A stretch of 64,000 nucleotides of DNA from a virus (Duplodnaviria; Caudoviricetes), in IMG/VR virus record IMGVR_UViG_3300044620_001883, positions 96,001 to 160,000 of that record. The stretch is one strand, 5' to 3'. A program made the position numbers and the translations under genes. The notes below the pieces were generated by a model. The model had not been told where the DNA came from. It saw only the letters and a program-made list of their open reading frames with translations, and did no database searches. This document shows positions 1 to 8,322 of the stretch, piece by piece (the first letter of the stretch is position 1; each line of letters opens with the position of its first letter).

Positions 1-1
1 C

Positions 2-550
2 AACCAGCAGGCTGCGGAGGAGCAGGCCCACCAGGGCTTCACGATTCAGTGCGACAGTGATGAGTTCTACAGGCAGGATACGGTGGACACCATTGAAGTA
101 CAGCCTGACACTTCCGCATCCGTCCCTCAGGATATGGTTCAGCGCGTCAAAGCCCTGGCAGCGGCGGCGGAGCGGCGAGCGGCAATCCTCGAGACCAATA
201 CCAAGCGCAACGAGATGCTGTATGCCCAGGCCAAGGCAGCTGCGGACCAGTTCTGTGATGCTGTGGTGCGCAAGTTGCTGGAGCTGCGTTCACATGGGCT
301 TGCCGTCAAGGAACAGTTTACCCATGTAAACCACGAAGCTTCCGGCTCTGTCATGTGTTTCTTGTCATATCACGTTGAAGGTCATTTCGAATGCGGGCGG
401 CATGTCCTTGCAAGCTACCCAGCCTACGACACTGTGGAGGTGAAGAATTACGCAAATGAAAAAGCGTCATTCAAATTCAGGGTTACCCAGAGCGCCGAGG
501 TGGCCGCGCGGGACTACGTGGAGCGGATTCTGGCCAGCGTGGAGAGGTGA
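2..550 (+). CDS. hypothetical protein, 5'-truncated by window edge
   Basis: Frame of track ORF 83..550 is open back to base 2 (NQQAAEEQAHQG...). Confidence 0.7.
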   Translation, partial: NQQAAEEQAHQGFTIQCDSDEFYRQDTVDTIEVQPDTSASVPQDMVQRVKALAAAAERRAAILETNTKRNEMLYAQAKAAADQFCDAVVRKLLELRSHGLAVKEQFTHVNHEASGSVMCFLSYHVEGHFECGRHVLASYPAYDTVEVKNYANEKASFKFRVTQSAEVAARDYVERILASVER

Positions 551-553
551 CCA

Positions 554-715
554 ATGAGCCCTATGCGGAATGATCAACTGCTCCACCAGGTCAAAACCTG
601 GTGGGCACACCGCGACGGCAAGCCTGAGTGGGCACAGCTGACCAGTGACGACAAAAAGCACCTGGTAGCGCAATGGAAGCGCGAGCAGGACAAACACAAG
701 GCCCGGAAAAAATGA
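554..715 (+). CDS. small hypothetical protein (53 aa, not in ORF track)
   Basis: ATG 554 to TGA 715 (MSPMRNDQLLHQVKTWW...), overlaps next start as ATGA. Confidence 0.6.
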   Translation: MSPMRNDQLLHQVKTWWAHRDGKPEWAQLTSDDKKHLVAQWKREQDKHKARKK

Positions 716-1182
716 GTGAAGCTCGCACAAAATTAACAGCAGCCTTTGCAGGCTATCTGGGGGCTCTGTCCATCAGTGACGATGATCTGTGCCGCGCCTG
801 TCAGCACCTTGACTATGCTCCAGGTATGCTGTCCCGCTGTTCAATCGGCTGGCCTGGTTTGTTTGACCTGGACAATTATTGCAAGGAGTGCCCCAAGTTC
901 ATGAAGACCGATGAAGAGTGTGACCAGACCGAGCAAGGTCCGCTGATCAGTGCGCTGGTCGTGGCTTGCGAGAAACTTGTGTCGACCATTAGTGCGACTG
1001 GTGGGTTGATCAGACTTGAATCCGGCTGTGTGCGCCCCGTCGGTGATCCTGAGTGGGAGGACCTGGCAGACGCAGCCGAGTGTGCGGATGCGGCGCTAGA
1101 GCGCTACTATGCGGCAGGAAATCCACCAGTCCTGGGTGAACATGAGCAGCCCCGGCTACAAATCATGGAACGCAATGAGTGA
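712..1182 (+). CDS. hypothetical protein
   Basis: Start moved to ATG 712 (ATGA overlap); fits + strand chain. Confidence 0.65.
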   Translation: MSEARTKLTAAFAGYLGALSISDDDLCRACQHLDYAPGMLSRCSIGWPGLFDLDNYCKECPKFMKTDEECDQTEQGPLISALVVACEKLVSTISATGGLIRLESGCVRPVGDPEWEDLADAAECADAALERYYAAGNPPVLGEHEQPRLQIMERNE

Positions 1183-1489
1183 CATACCTCAACCTCAGTG
1201 GGTACCACCATCCTGGATGTGTACAAGGGATCAGGACGATCTCAGGCGGGACACAATCGTGGGTGCCTGTAACTGCGGCACAAAAACACCGGAGGTTGTC
1301 TACCATGCACCAGGGTGCAAGTACCGGTTGATCTGTGAGCGTGACGATGCCCGTGAGTTAGCCGAAGCCATCAAGGTGGAATTAAACGCACGCCTGATGG
1401 AGCGCACCCAAGGGCTGTTGACCAAGTTGATTGAGGTTGAAGGACAGTTGAGGAAACTACAAAGCAGACTCCGCGCCACGCGGTCCTGA
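1175..1489 (+). CDS. hypothetical protein, Cys-rich N-part and coiled-coil C-part
   Basis: CNCG...HAPGC motif; overlaps upstream stop. Confidence 0.6.
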   Translation: MSDIPQPQWVPPSWMCTRDQDDLRRDTIVGACNCGTKTPEVVYHAPGCKYRLICERDDARELAEAIKVELNARLMERTQGLLTKLIEVEGQLRKLQSRLRATRS

Positions 1490-1606
1490 GTGTGGGCCGT
1501 TTCGCGGCCGGACCAGCACTGGGAAGGATGAGGTGTGGTGGGATACTTTGTTCTATGTTTTCAAAATACACCACACACGCTTCGTGAAGTGGGCCCAGGA
1601 CTGCAT

Positions 1607-1954
1607 ATGCAAATAACACGCATTGATCAGCAAACACACGACGAGCTCAAGCGGCTCTTCGAGGATAATCCGGAGTTACGACTACAGAACAGGGGTTACG
1701 AGTACATCGGATGCGCTGTACGCGAAGCCAAGGCACCACAGCTTGCCCGGATCGCCGAGATCCTAAAGCAGCACATCACGGGGTTCCATGAGTTTCACAA
1801 CTTCAGGACCGGCAAAGAAGGGGAGATCGTACTGCGCTTCGACTATGATTGGGGTGCCGAGGACAAAACCTTGCGCTTCTGCGGTGTCGGGTACCTGCCC
1901 CTGGATCACCTGCGGGATGGTTTCTTGAATGGTGACCGCACGAGCAGCTCATGA
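1607..1954 (+). CDS. hypothetical protein
   Basis: ATG 1607 follows the structured intergenic gap; stop overlaps next ATG. Confidence 0.65.
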   Translation: MQITRIDQQTHDELKRLFEDNPELRLQNRGYEYIGCAVREAKAPQLARIAEILKQHITGFHEFHNFRTGKEGEIVLRFDYDWGAEDKTLRFCGVGYLPLDHLRDGFLNGDRTSSS

Positions 1955-2136
1955 ACTATTTCCTGGTACGTGATCGCAAAGGGCAGGCTGTAGCCTTGTG
2001 CTTCATGGCGGGCGCACGCCCGCTTGTTGCACTGCAGGAGCCGCGAACCATGAGTTACTGGGATGACAAAATTGTCCAACCTGTGACCCGTGCGGATTTT
2101 TTCAAACTGCACCCAGAGCAACCAAATGACGCATGA
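1951..2136 (+). CDS. small hypothetical protein
   Basis: ATGA-coupled ORF. Confidence 0.55.
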   Translation: MNYFLVRDRKGQAVALCFMAGARPLVALQEPRTMSYWDDKIVQPVTRADFFKLHPEQPNDA

Positions 2137-2527
2137 AGTCATAGTCAGTAACATCGGTCGCGCCTATACGGGCGACTCGGCAGACCAGGCACTTATCACA
2201 TTCAAGGAATACGAAGCGCAGTCCAAGGAGGGCGGCGGACGTGCGGCCGGCGAGCAAGTCACCTGGTTGGCGGACGGTGAAATCCTCAAAGAGTACCGAC
2301 CACCGGACTCCGACGGACCAACTCCCGGCACGTACTTCAAGGTTTGGGTTGAGCTGGAAATGGTCAATGACGACTTGGACCAATATGAGAATATGGATCT
2401 TGGTTTCTCAGCCACCGCTGCGTTCAAATATGAGGCGGATGCGCTAAAATTTGCCCACGCCCTGCACGCATGTGGGGAAGAGGGGTTGAAGCGTCTGATG
2501 CCCGCGGAGGTGTTCTATGATCAGTGA
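2126..2527 (+). CDS. phage hypothetical protein
   Basis: HEVIVSNIG...SKEGGGRAAGEQVT pattern recalled from phage hypotheticals. Confidence 0.65.
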   Translation: MTHEVIVSNIGRAYTGDSADQALITFKEYEAQSKEGGGRAAGEQVTWLADGEILKEYRPPDSDGPTPGTYFKVWVELEMVNDDLDQYENMDLGFSATAAFKYEADALKFAHALHACGEEGLKRLMPAEVFYDQ

Positions 2528-3494
2528 GCCTCAGACAGCCACGTTGGTATTCGAGTTTGCCCCGCACGCGGCCCTGCTGACCCGATACGATCTGCATGAT
2601 CGGGAGCACCATGAGGTTGGACACCACATGGGCGAGTACGCCAGGGAGACCAGTGACGGCGCTGAGTACCGGTGTCTCGGGGTGGAGAAGTACGATGCGA
2701 AGAAACAGGAGCACATCATTACCCACGGGAGTGACCTTGGCTGTGGTGCCTTCTATCCATCGACGCTGTTCCTGACCGGGGAGGACCACGAGGGAGAATC
2801 ACTCCCCCATGCACTCTTGGATGTGATTGCCCGGCGATTCTGGAACATGGAACCAAGCAGGATCGAGCCTGTCATCCTGCCGCGTGGGTGGGACAAGAAC
2901 CACTGGACCTGGTGGAAGGGGATTCAGTTTGTGCGAGCTGGAGAGTGGCGGCACATGCGCAAGACCTTCCTGACCACGCTCTTCCAGGCACCCCTGTGTG
3001 AGATTCTCTCGAATCGTGAATCCCCCACAGGTACCAATGCCTACACGGAGATCTTCATTGAGGACATACGAGAGTTCATGGGACAAGGACATATCACACA
3101 GGGAAACCCAACACCCAACCTCAACTGGATCGGGTACGCACCCAAACACGGTGAGGTGATTCGCAACAAGGAGACCGGCAAGACGTTGGGGGTCGTGTCC
3201 CATCTGGATGGTAATCTGGTCATGGATTTCCTGGGTGAAATCCTGATCATCTGGCGGTTCCACGATGGTCTCAATAATCTACACACCTGGGACTCGAAAC
3301 GGGATGGACCCGAAGCACCACGAGGAGCAGTCAAGCATGAGGACCGGTTCTGCGTGCGTTGCGGCGCAGAGCTGTTTGACGACCAGAAGCCTGGGTTGTG
3401 TGATACCTGCGTAGGAGAAGCGCAACGTGGTGCGCATGACATGCTTCAGTGGCTGGCCCAACATCCCGAGTATGCACACCAAATTAAACCCTAA
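2517..3494 (+). CDS. hypothetical protein with C-terminal CxxC..CxxC zinc finger
   Basis: 325-aa ORF; CVRCG...LCDTC. Confidence 0.7.
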   Translation: MISEPQTATLVFEFAPHAALLTRYDLHDREHHEVGHHMGEYARETSDGAEYRCLGVEKYDAKKQEHIITHGSDLGCGAFYPSTLFLTGEDHEGESLPHALLDVIARRFWNMEPSRIEPVILPRGWDKNHWTWWKGIQFVRAGEWRHMRKTFLTTLFQAPLCEILSNRESPTGTNAYTEIFIEDIREFMGQGHITQGNPTPNLNWIGYAPKHGEVIRNKETGKTLGVVSHLDGNLVMDFLGEILIIWRFHDGLNNLHTWDSKRDGPEAPRGAVKHEDRFCVRCGAELFDDQKPGLCDTCVGEAQRGAHDMLQWLAQHPEYAHQIKP

Positions 3495-3496
3495 CC

Positions 3497-3778
3497 ATGT
3501 CCGCTGAATTAAGCGCAGCCTTGCTGGCCTTGAATGAGGGTAACGCAGAGCAGTGGCGTGTTAGGTGGGCAAAGTCGGACAGGTCAGACGGTCGCAAGTG
3601 CTGGCGCCTCGAAAACGAGCAAGGACACCTGCGTGCTGAGATCCATCAGGGAGGAGACGTCCTGGAGGATATCTATTACGTCCACAACTGCAGTTGCGGA
3701 CTTGATGTACCGCTGCAGTTGCGGCTGGAGGTGTTGGCGCGTGTCCTTTGGACCGAGGCAGTGGAACAAACTACATGA
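3497..3778 (+). CDS. hypothetical protein
   Basis: Fits + strand chain. Confidence 0.55.
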   Translation: MSAELSAALLALNEGNAEQWRVRWAKSDRSDGRKCWRLENEQGHLRAEIHQGGDVLEDIYYVHNCSCGLDVPLQLRLEVLARVLWTEAVEQTT

Positions 3779-4035
3779 GTCTTGTACTACACATAGGATC
3801 AGAGGTGAGCCGTACCGTGGCTAACCTGGAAGAAGCGTCTGCCGCTTGGTGTTGGTACCGTGACGCAAACGGTCTCGGAGCTCGCGACATGCCAGAAGTC
3901 TATGTACAGGACGGCGACCGTAAGGTAGCGCGGATTAGCTACAATGGACGCTGTTGGTCGCCGGATATACCGCATCGTGAAATTGTGCTCAATGCGTACC
4001 GGTCCGTGGAAGCAGAAATCAAGGCGGGTTGGTGA
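3775..4035 (+). CDS. phage hypothetical protein
   Basis: ATGA-coupled; VARISYNGRCW motif typical of small MGE proteins. Confidence 0.6.
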   Translation: MSLVLHIGSEVSRTVANLEEASAAWCWYRDANGLGARDMPEVYVQDGDRKVARISYNGRCWSPDIPHREIVLNAYRSVEAEIKAGW

Positions 4036-4038
4036 TAC

Positions 4039-4230
4039 ATGCCAGCTGACTTCGAACCTGAACGGGTTTTCATTACCCCCACCGTGATTGTGACCAGTGC
4101 TGATGTTCCAGAGGTCGAGGAGGTGCCATTACATTTCTTCCTGCGTGGTTTCTTCCGCCATCGTGAGAAGCTGTTGAGCGGGCTGGCAGGCGACGTAAAG
4201 GACAACAAGCATGGTCGAAACAAAAAGTGA
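4039..4230 (+). CDS. small hypothetical protein
   Basis: Fits + strand chain. Confidence 0.45.
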   Translation: MPADFEPERVFITPTVIVTSADVPEVEEVPLHFFLRGFFRHREKLLSGLAGDVKDNKHGRNKK

Positions 4231-4681
4231 CTTCGAAGGGTGGTGCCTTGAGTACTATCCGGAAACGGCTGATGAATTGCTGCGGCGCAGCAGTGATCAC
4301 ATGCACTACATAGATCACTCCATCTTGAAATGGGAAGGACTCCAACCAGAGGCACTGGCCAAGTATGGGTTGGAGTTGCAGATGACGGACATCATGACAA
4401 AGGAAGGGGAGGAGGTCATGCAAATCAGCGGAGCCAACTGTGCGCTGTGTCTGGCGGTTTGGCCGCCAACCAAGGGTCACAACTGTGTGGGTTGTCCCCT
4501 GTACCAGTTCCGTGATGATGTTCCTTGTTATGAAGACAAGCAGGGCACGCCTGACTCGCTAAAATCTCCCTGGCATGTAGCCATGTACAAAGGTAACACT
4601 GCACCGATGCTCGCGGAACTGAAGGCCACCAAGGCTTGGATGGAAGCCTCAACCACAAGCAACAATGATACCATTACCTAA
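4211..4681 (+). CDS. Cys-rich hypothetical protein
   Basis: CALC...CVGCPL motif. Confidence 0.65.
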   Translation: MVETKSDFEGWCLEYYPETADELLRRSSDHMHYIDHSILKWEGLQPEALAKYGLELQMTDIMTKEGEEVMQISGANCALCLAVWPPTKGHNCVGCPLYQFRDDVPCYEDKQGTPDSLKSPWHVAMYKGNTAPMLAELKATKAWMEASTTSNNDTIT

Positions 4682-5111
4682 ACCGAAAATGAGCGCCGTC
4701 GACGTGGTCGATTTCGTGGTTGAATACTTTGGGAGCGACCCTTCCAGGAGATCCCTGAATCCGCACTACACAGGCCAAGAGCATGAAACAAGATGTCTCT
4801 ACCGTGGACCAGAGGGTAGACGCTGTGCCTTTGCGATCTTCGTGGCAGAGGATGAGGTGGAAGCACTCAGGGAGGGCAGGCAAGCCTCAGACAATCTGCA
4901 CGGTAGTGGGCGGCTGCGACCTGAGGTGGAGCATCTTGCCAGAAAGACGGAGTTCTGGGATCGGCTGCAGTGTCTGCACGACACGAAATCGTATTGGAAC
5001 GCTGAGGGCTTTACAGATCACGGTAAGCTAGAATGTGAAATGCTACGCGCCTATGCGGCTTCCACATTCTGTCAGGTTGACGAAACCACCAAGCAAGATG
5101 CCATCCATTAA
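4665..5111 (+). CDS. phage hypothetical protein
   Basis: CLYRGPEGRRCAFA...LQCLHD pattern common in phage hypotheticals. Confidence 0.65.
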   Translation: MIPLPKPKMSAVDVVDFVVEYFGSDPSRRSLNPHYTGQEHETRCLYRGPEGRRCAFAIFVAEDEVEALREGRQASDNLHGSGRLRPEVEHLARKTEFWDRLQCLHDTKSYWNAEGFTDHGKLECEMLRAYAASTFCQVDETTKQDAIH

Positions 5112-5592
5112 AGAACTGCGGGAGCATCTCAGCTCCTACCCTGATGACATGGCCTGTGCGTGGGCCCTGTGGACGCCCCCGGATGTCGTGACGGTGATGC
5201 GACAGCACCGTGATACGCAAGCTGATCGTGGTGAACGCCTGCAGCCAACCCTCGATGACGAGGAGATCGGGTACATCCTGGAGCGTGCTAATCACAACCA
5301 GGACGCGTCATATGGGATAACCTGGTATTCGCTGGAGAGTGAATTACCCGCAGCTGACCAACGGGACGAGCGGGTCATAGCACGGTTGAAACCTGGAGTT
5401 CGGGTCAAGTGGTATGACCCTGACGTCATGGATGGTATCGAGAATGCCTGTCACAAGGAGGGTATCATCAAGACCGTACAGGTTGCTGATCACCTTGTAC
5501 TGCTGTCCCTGGAAGACGGTTGGACCAGTGAGGTTCTAGCCAGCGAGCTAGAGATCATTGAGGAAGAAGCCTGCCGGGATGCTGATGAGTAA
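5098..5592 (+). CDS. hypothetical protein
   Basis: Start moved to ATG 5098; overlaps upstream stop. Confidence 0.6.
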   Translation: MPSIKELREHLSSYPDDMACAWALWTPPDVVTVMRQHRDTQADRGERLQPTLDDEEIGYILERANHNQDASYGITWYSLESELPAADQRDERVIARLKPGVRVKWYDPDVMDGIENACHKEGIIKTVQVADHLVLLSLEDGWTSEVLASELEIIEEEACRDADE

Positions 5593-5752
5593 CCGCGTCC
5601 TGACAATCCAGCTGGAGAACAACACCAATGAAGGTGAGGAGCATGACGACGAAACGATCGTCGCCGAAGTGTTACGGCTGATGCGTACTGGATGTACGAG
5701 TGGGTTCTACCCGACGTGGAACATTGTCGACAAAAGCGAAACAACAGCATGA
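5585..5752 (+). CDS. small hypothetical protein
   Basis: Overlap-coupled ORF. Confidence 0.5.
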   Translation: MSNRVLTIQLENNTNEGEEHDDETIVAEVLRLMRTGCTSGFYPTWNIVDKSETTA

Positions 5753-5925
5753 CAGGCATTCAGCCTCTACCAGCAAACACCCCGACGTTCCGGCGTGTGG
5801 TCTATGAAGCGGCCGAGCGTGTGACGCTTGTACAATCCGCGGCGGGCAAATGGGTGGACGTACTGGCCCATCGCGGGGCTGATCTGGTGTACATCACAAC
5901 TTTCCGGAATGAAAAAGAAGTTTAA
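5749..5925 (+). CDS. small hypothetical protein
   Basis: ATGA-coupled ORF. Confidence 0.5.
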   Translation: MTGIQPLPANTPTFRRVVYEAAERVTLVQSAAGKWVDVLAHRGADLVYITTFRNEKEV

Positions 5926-6334
5926 CCCGCGTCAGCCTGTGTCCATCTACAATGAATGGCCGGCAGACAAGTACCCGATCCGCAAAGGACGGGCGGTTTG
6001 GTTTGTTTGGAACACACTCCAGCTCGAATGCGGACATATTGCCTGGTACCATCCGGCACGTCACCGTGACCGCAGCTTCGTCATCAGCCCCGGCGCCGAT
6101 TTCTATAAAGTGAAGATTCGTGGGGATAATGAGGCCGTACATGTCTCGGCTAAGTGGGTACAACCCAAGACCCAAGCTGGCAGGAAGAATCTGCTACGTG
6201 CCTGCATAGTGCGCGCACGTTTGCGTCTGGAGGATGAGAAGGTCGCATTTGAGGAGCGAAAGTGGAGACTCGAAAGTGAGATCACAGCCTTGGAACGTCT
6301 GTTAGGACCAACCACCAAGAAAACCAGAAAATGA
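5909..6334 (+). CDS. hypothetical protein
   Basis: Start moved to ATG 5909; basic, coiled-coil C-terminus. Confidence 0.6.
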   Translation: MKKKFNPRQPVSIYNEWPADKYPIRKGRAVWFVWNTLQLECGHIAWYHPARHRDRSFVISPGADFYKVKIRGDNEAVHVSAKWVQPKTQAGRKNLLRACIVRARLRLEDEKVAFEERKWRLESEITALERLLGPTTKKTRK

Positions 6335-6726
6335 AACTTGTACTACAGATCAACGACAAGGCCATCAATGACACTGGCCGGGCACTAGCGGATCGTGGCT
6401 TCTCGATCACACCACCCCTCAATGAGGACTTCTGGCTATTTCGCGTGGCGGTATCGGAGGACCAGGCAATCGTCGGGTTCCCGAAGTTCATGCAGATTGG
6501 CATTGGGTTCCAGAAGGAAGCAGCGGATTGGAACACCAACCTGCCCAGCACCTGTGATGCCAAGATGATCTATGAGCACATTGAGGTTAACAAAGGTCAA
6601 GAACCCAAACGCCAGGATTGCATTAAGGCCATCGAGATGATCAAGGATTTCGTAGCTCAGATGGACAGGGCTGCCGCTGCGAAAGCAGAGGCAGAGGCTA
6701 CGCTGGAGGTACCAGCAAGAGCATGA
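6331..6726 (+). CDS. conserved phage hypothetical protein
   Basis: ITPP..EDFWLFRV...QAIVGFPKF..IGIGF..E.DWNTNLP, a motif set I recall from phage hypotheticals. Confidence 0.75.
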   Translation: MKLVLQINDKAINDTGRALADRGFSITPPLNEDFWLFRVAVSEDQAIVGFPKFMQIGIGFQKEAADWNTNLPSTCDAKMIYEHIEVNKGQEPKRQDCIKAIEMIKDFVAQMDRAAAAKAEAEATLEVPARA

Positions 6727-7415
6727 ACGTACCCGTCAAAGGCACACCGTACCTGGGGCCTTGTCCTGGTTGTGGGGCAGAGCTGGACCCAGGTTGGGTT
6801 CGTGGTTGGCGTGGTTGGAAGTGTGGCAGCTTCAATGCCGCACATGCCTGGATGCCAGTCGATTTCAAACAGAGTATACCTTGCGCGGTATCGGTGTGGT
6901 GCCGTCGTGCTGAGATTGCAGAAGCCAAGCTAGAGGTGCTGACCAGCAAGAGCCCCACGCCCATCACGAAGCCATTGACCCGGCGAGACATGGATGAGGA
7001 TGGGTGGGTCTCAGGCATTGTTTCCGTCCACCTCAGTGATGCCGTCGACAACGACCTTGAGGGTTGGCTGGACCTGCTCAGCGAAGCACTGGTGGATGAT
7101 TCGCTCCTGATGGACATCACCTACAAGGTTGTGGGGCTAGGCGGCGGGGAGGATGAGTTGCTTGTCGAAGTCCGCGGGGATGCCTCGATGTCCTTCAAGG
7201 AAGAAGAGGAACCCGAGGACAAGCAGGAACCTGTGAATCCCTATGTCTGCGACAACTGCGGGTACACGGCTGCCGCGGACGATCTACCAGAAGCAAAGGA
7301 CCTCTGGCAACGGCTGACCCCAGGCGGGATCTACACGGACAAGGAATGTCCTGAATGCGGAGCCTTGTGCTTCCCGAAGAGCTGCGGATTGGAGAACACA
7401 GTTGCACTACAATGA
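6723..7415 (+). CDS. multi-module zinc-finger hypothetical protein
   Basis: CPGCG at N-terminus; CDNCG...ECPECGALC at C-terminus. Confidence 0.7.
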   Translation: MNVPVKGTPYLGPCPGCGAELDPGWVRGWRGWKCGSFNAAHAWMPVDFKQSIPCAVSVWCRRAEIAEAKLEVLTSKSPTPITKPLTRRDMDEDGWVSGIVSVHLSDAVDNDLEGWLDLLSEALVDDSLLMDITYKVVGLGGGEDELLVEVRGDASMSFKEEEEPEDKQEPVNPYVCDNCGYTAAADDLPEAKDLWQRLTPGGIYTDKECPECGALCFPKSCGLENTVALQ

Positions 7416-8110
7416 CCCCGGAACAAAAGATGGATGATCTATCACGCAGGCTTGATGAAGCCCTGCAGGAAAGATTAGGCAAGGAACACGGCGTGCCTGG
7501 TGGGGATGGTATCCTCAAACTGGACATGAATATCCTGATGTGTCCGCCTCGGCGCAGTCAGCCGACGCTGCTCATGGAGCAGTTTATGCAGACCGCGCAG
7601 GAGTCCACGGGACTGCCTAGATCGTGGATCGCAAACACGGAGCTGGCGGAAGCCGATGCGCTCGTGCGGGCTGCCGGTGCTCCACTACTCCATCAGCAGG
7701 TCACGAATGCTCTTAAAGATGAGATCTCCCGAAAGTTCTCAGCAACCGTACAGAGCATCGCAGCCTCAATGCGGCACCAGTTCAGGTTCCCTAGGAGTAA
7801 GCGCCGGCGCATCCGGAAGAAGTGGGCCAAGAACCCGGCGAACTACCGGACAGGTAGCCACCCGGCTTTGAAGTTCTGGGAGCAGCCTGGACTCTACAGC
7901 TTCCTTGATAACTGTATCGTCGAGTCAGACTACCACGACAACCCCGGTGGAGAGGCAGACGTGGAACGGATCATTGATGGGCGTGATCCCTACCTGGACA
8001 AGGCCGCGAAGATATTCGGGGTAGCGCCTGAAGATGTCACGGAGGTGCAGCGGCATCTGGGCAAAACCCAGTATCTCTTGGACCACTACAGCCAACCTCC
8101 GAAGCCATGA
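7412..8110 (+). CDS. hypothetical protein with a degenerate family-A DNA polymerase fingers-like fragment
   Basis: C-terminal GRDPYLDKAAKIFGVAPEDVTEVQRHLGKT resembles PolA G.DIH..TAA.VFGV..EEVT..QRR.AK; too short for a polymerase. Confidence 0.55.
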   Translation: MTPEQKMDDLSRRLDEALQERLGKEHGVPGGDGILKLDMNILMCPPRRSQPTLLMEQFMQTAQESTGLPRSWIANTELAEADALVRAAGAPLLHQQVTNALKDEISRKFSATVQSIAASMRHQFRFPRSKRRRIRKKWAKNPANYRTGSHPALKFWEQPGLYSFLDNCIVESDYHDNPGGEADVERIIDGRDPYLDKAAKIFGVAPEDVTEVQRHLGKTQYLLDHYSQPPKP

Positions 8111-8322
8111 GCACAAATCTGCACTGGTACATATGGGGTGCGAACGATCACCCCAGAAGAGTCGCCAGGTTTGCCGTTGAGGCTGAATCGGAGGAAGAAG
8201 CCAAGACGCGAGTCTGGAAACTCTACGATGATCACGACCACCGCCGTGAGACACAGCACCCCGCCAAGGTAGCTGATTCCCCGGATGCGCTGTTCGCGTG
8301 TGTACTGCACCACAGACCATGA
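8107..8322 (+). CDS. small hypothetical protein
   Basis: ATGA-coupled at both ends. Confidence 0.55.
   Translation: MSTNLHWYIWGANDHPRRVARFAVEAESEEEAKTRVWKLYDDHDHRRETQHPAKVADSPDALFACVLHHRP

Noticed and set aside
1514-1603. Cobalamin riboswitch (CACTGGGAAGG ... CCAGGA resembles the B12 box)
   Set aside because: The 5' half of the aptamer (GGGAA/GGUG...UCC kissing-loop elements) is absent; likely coincidence.
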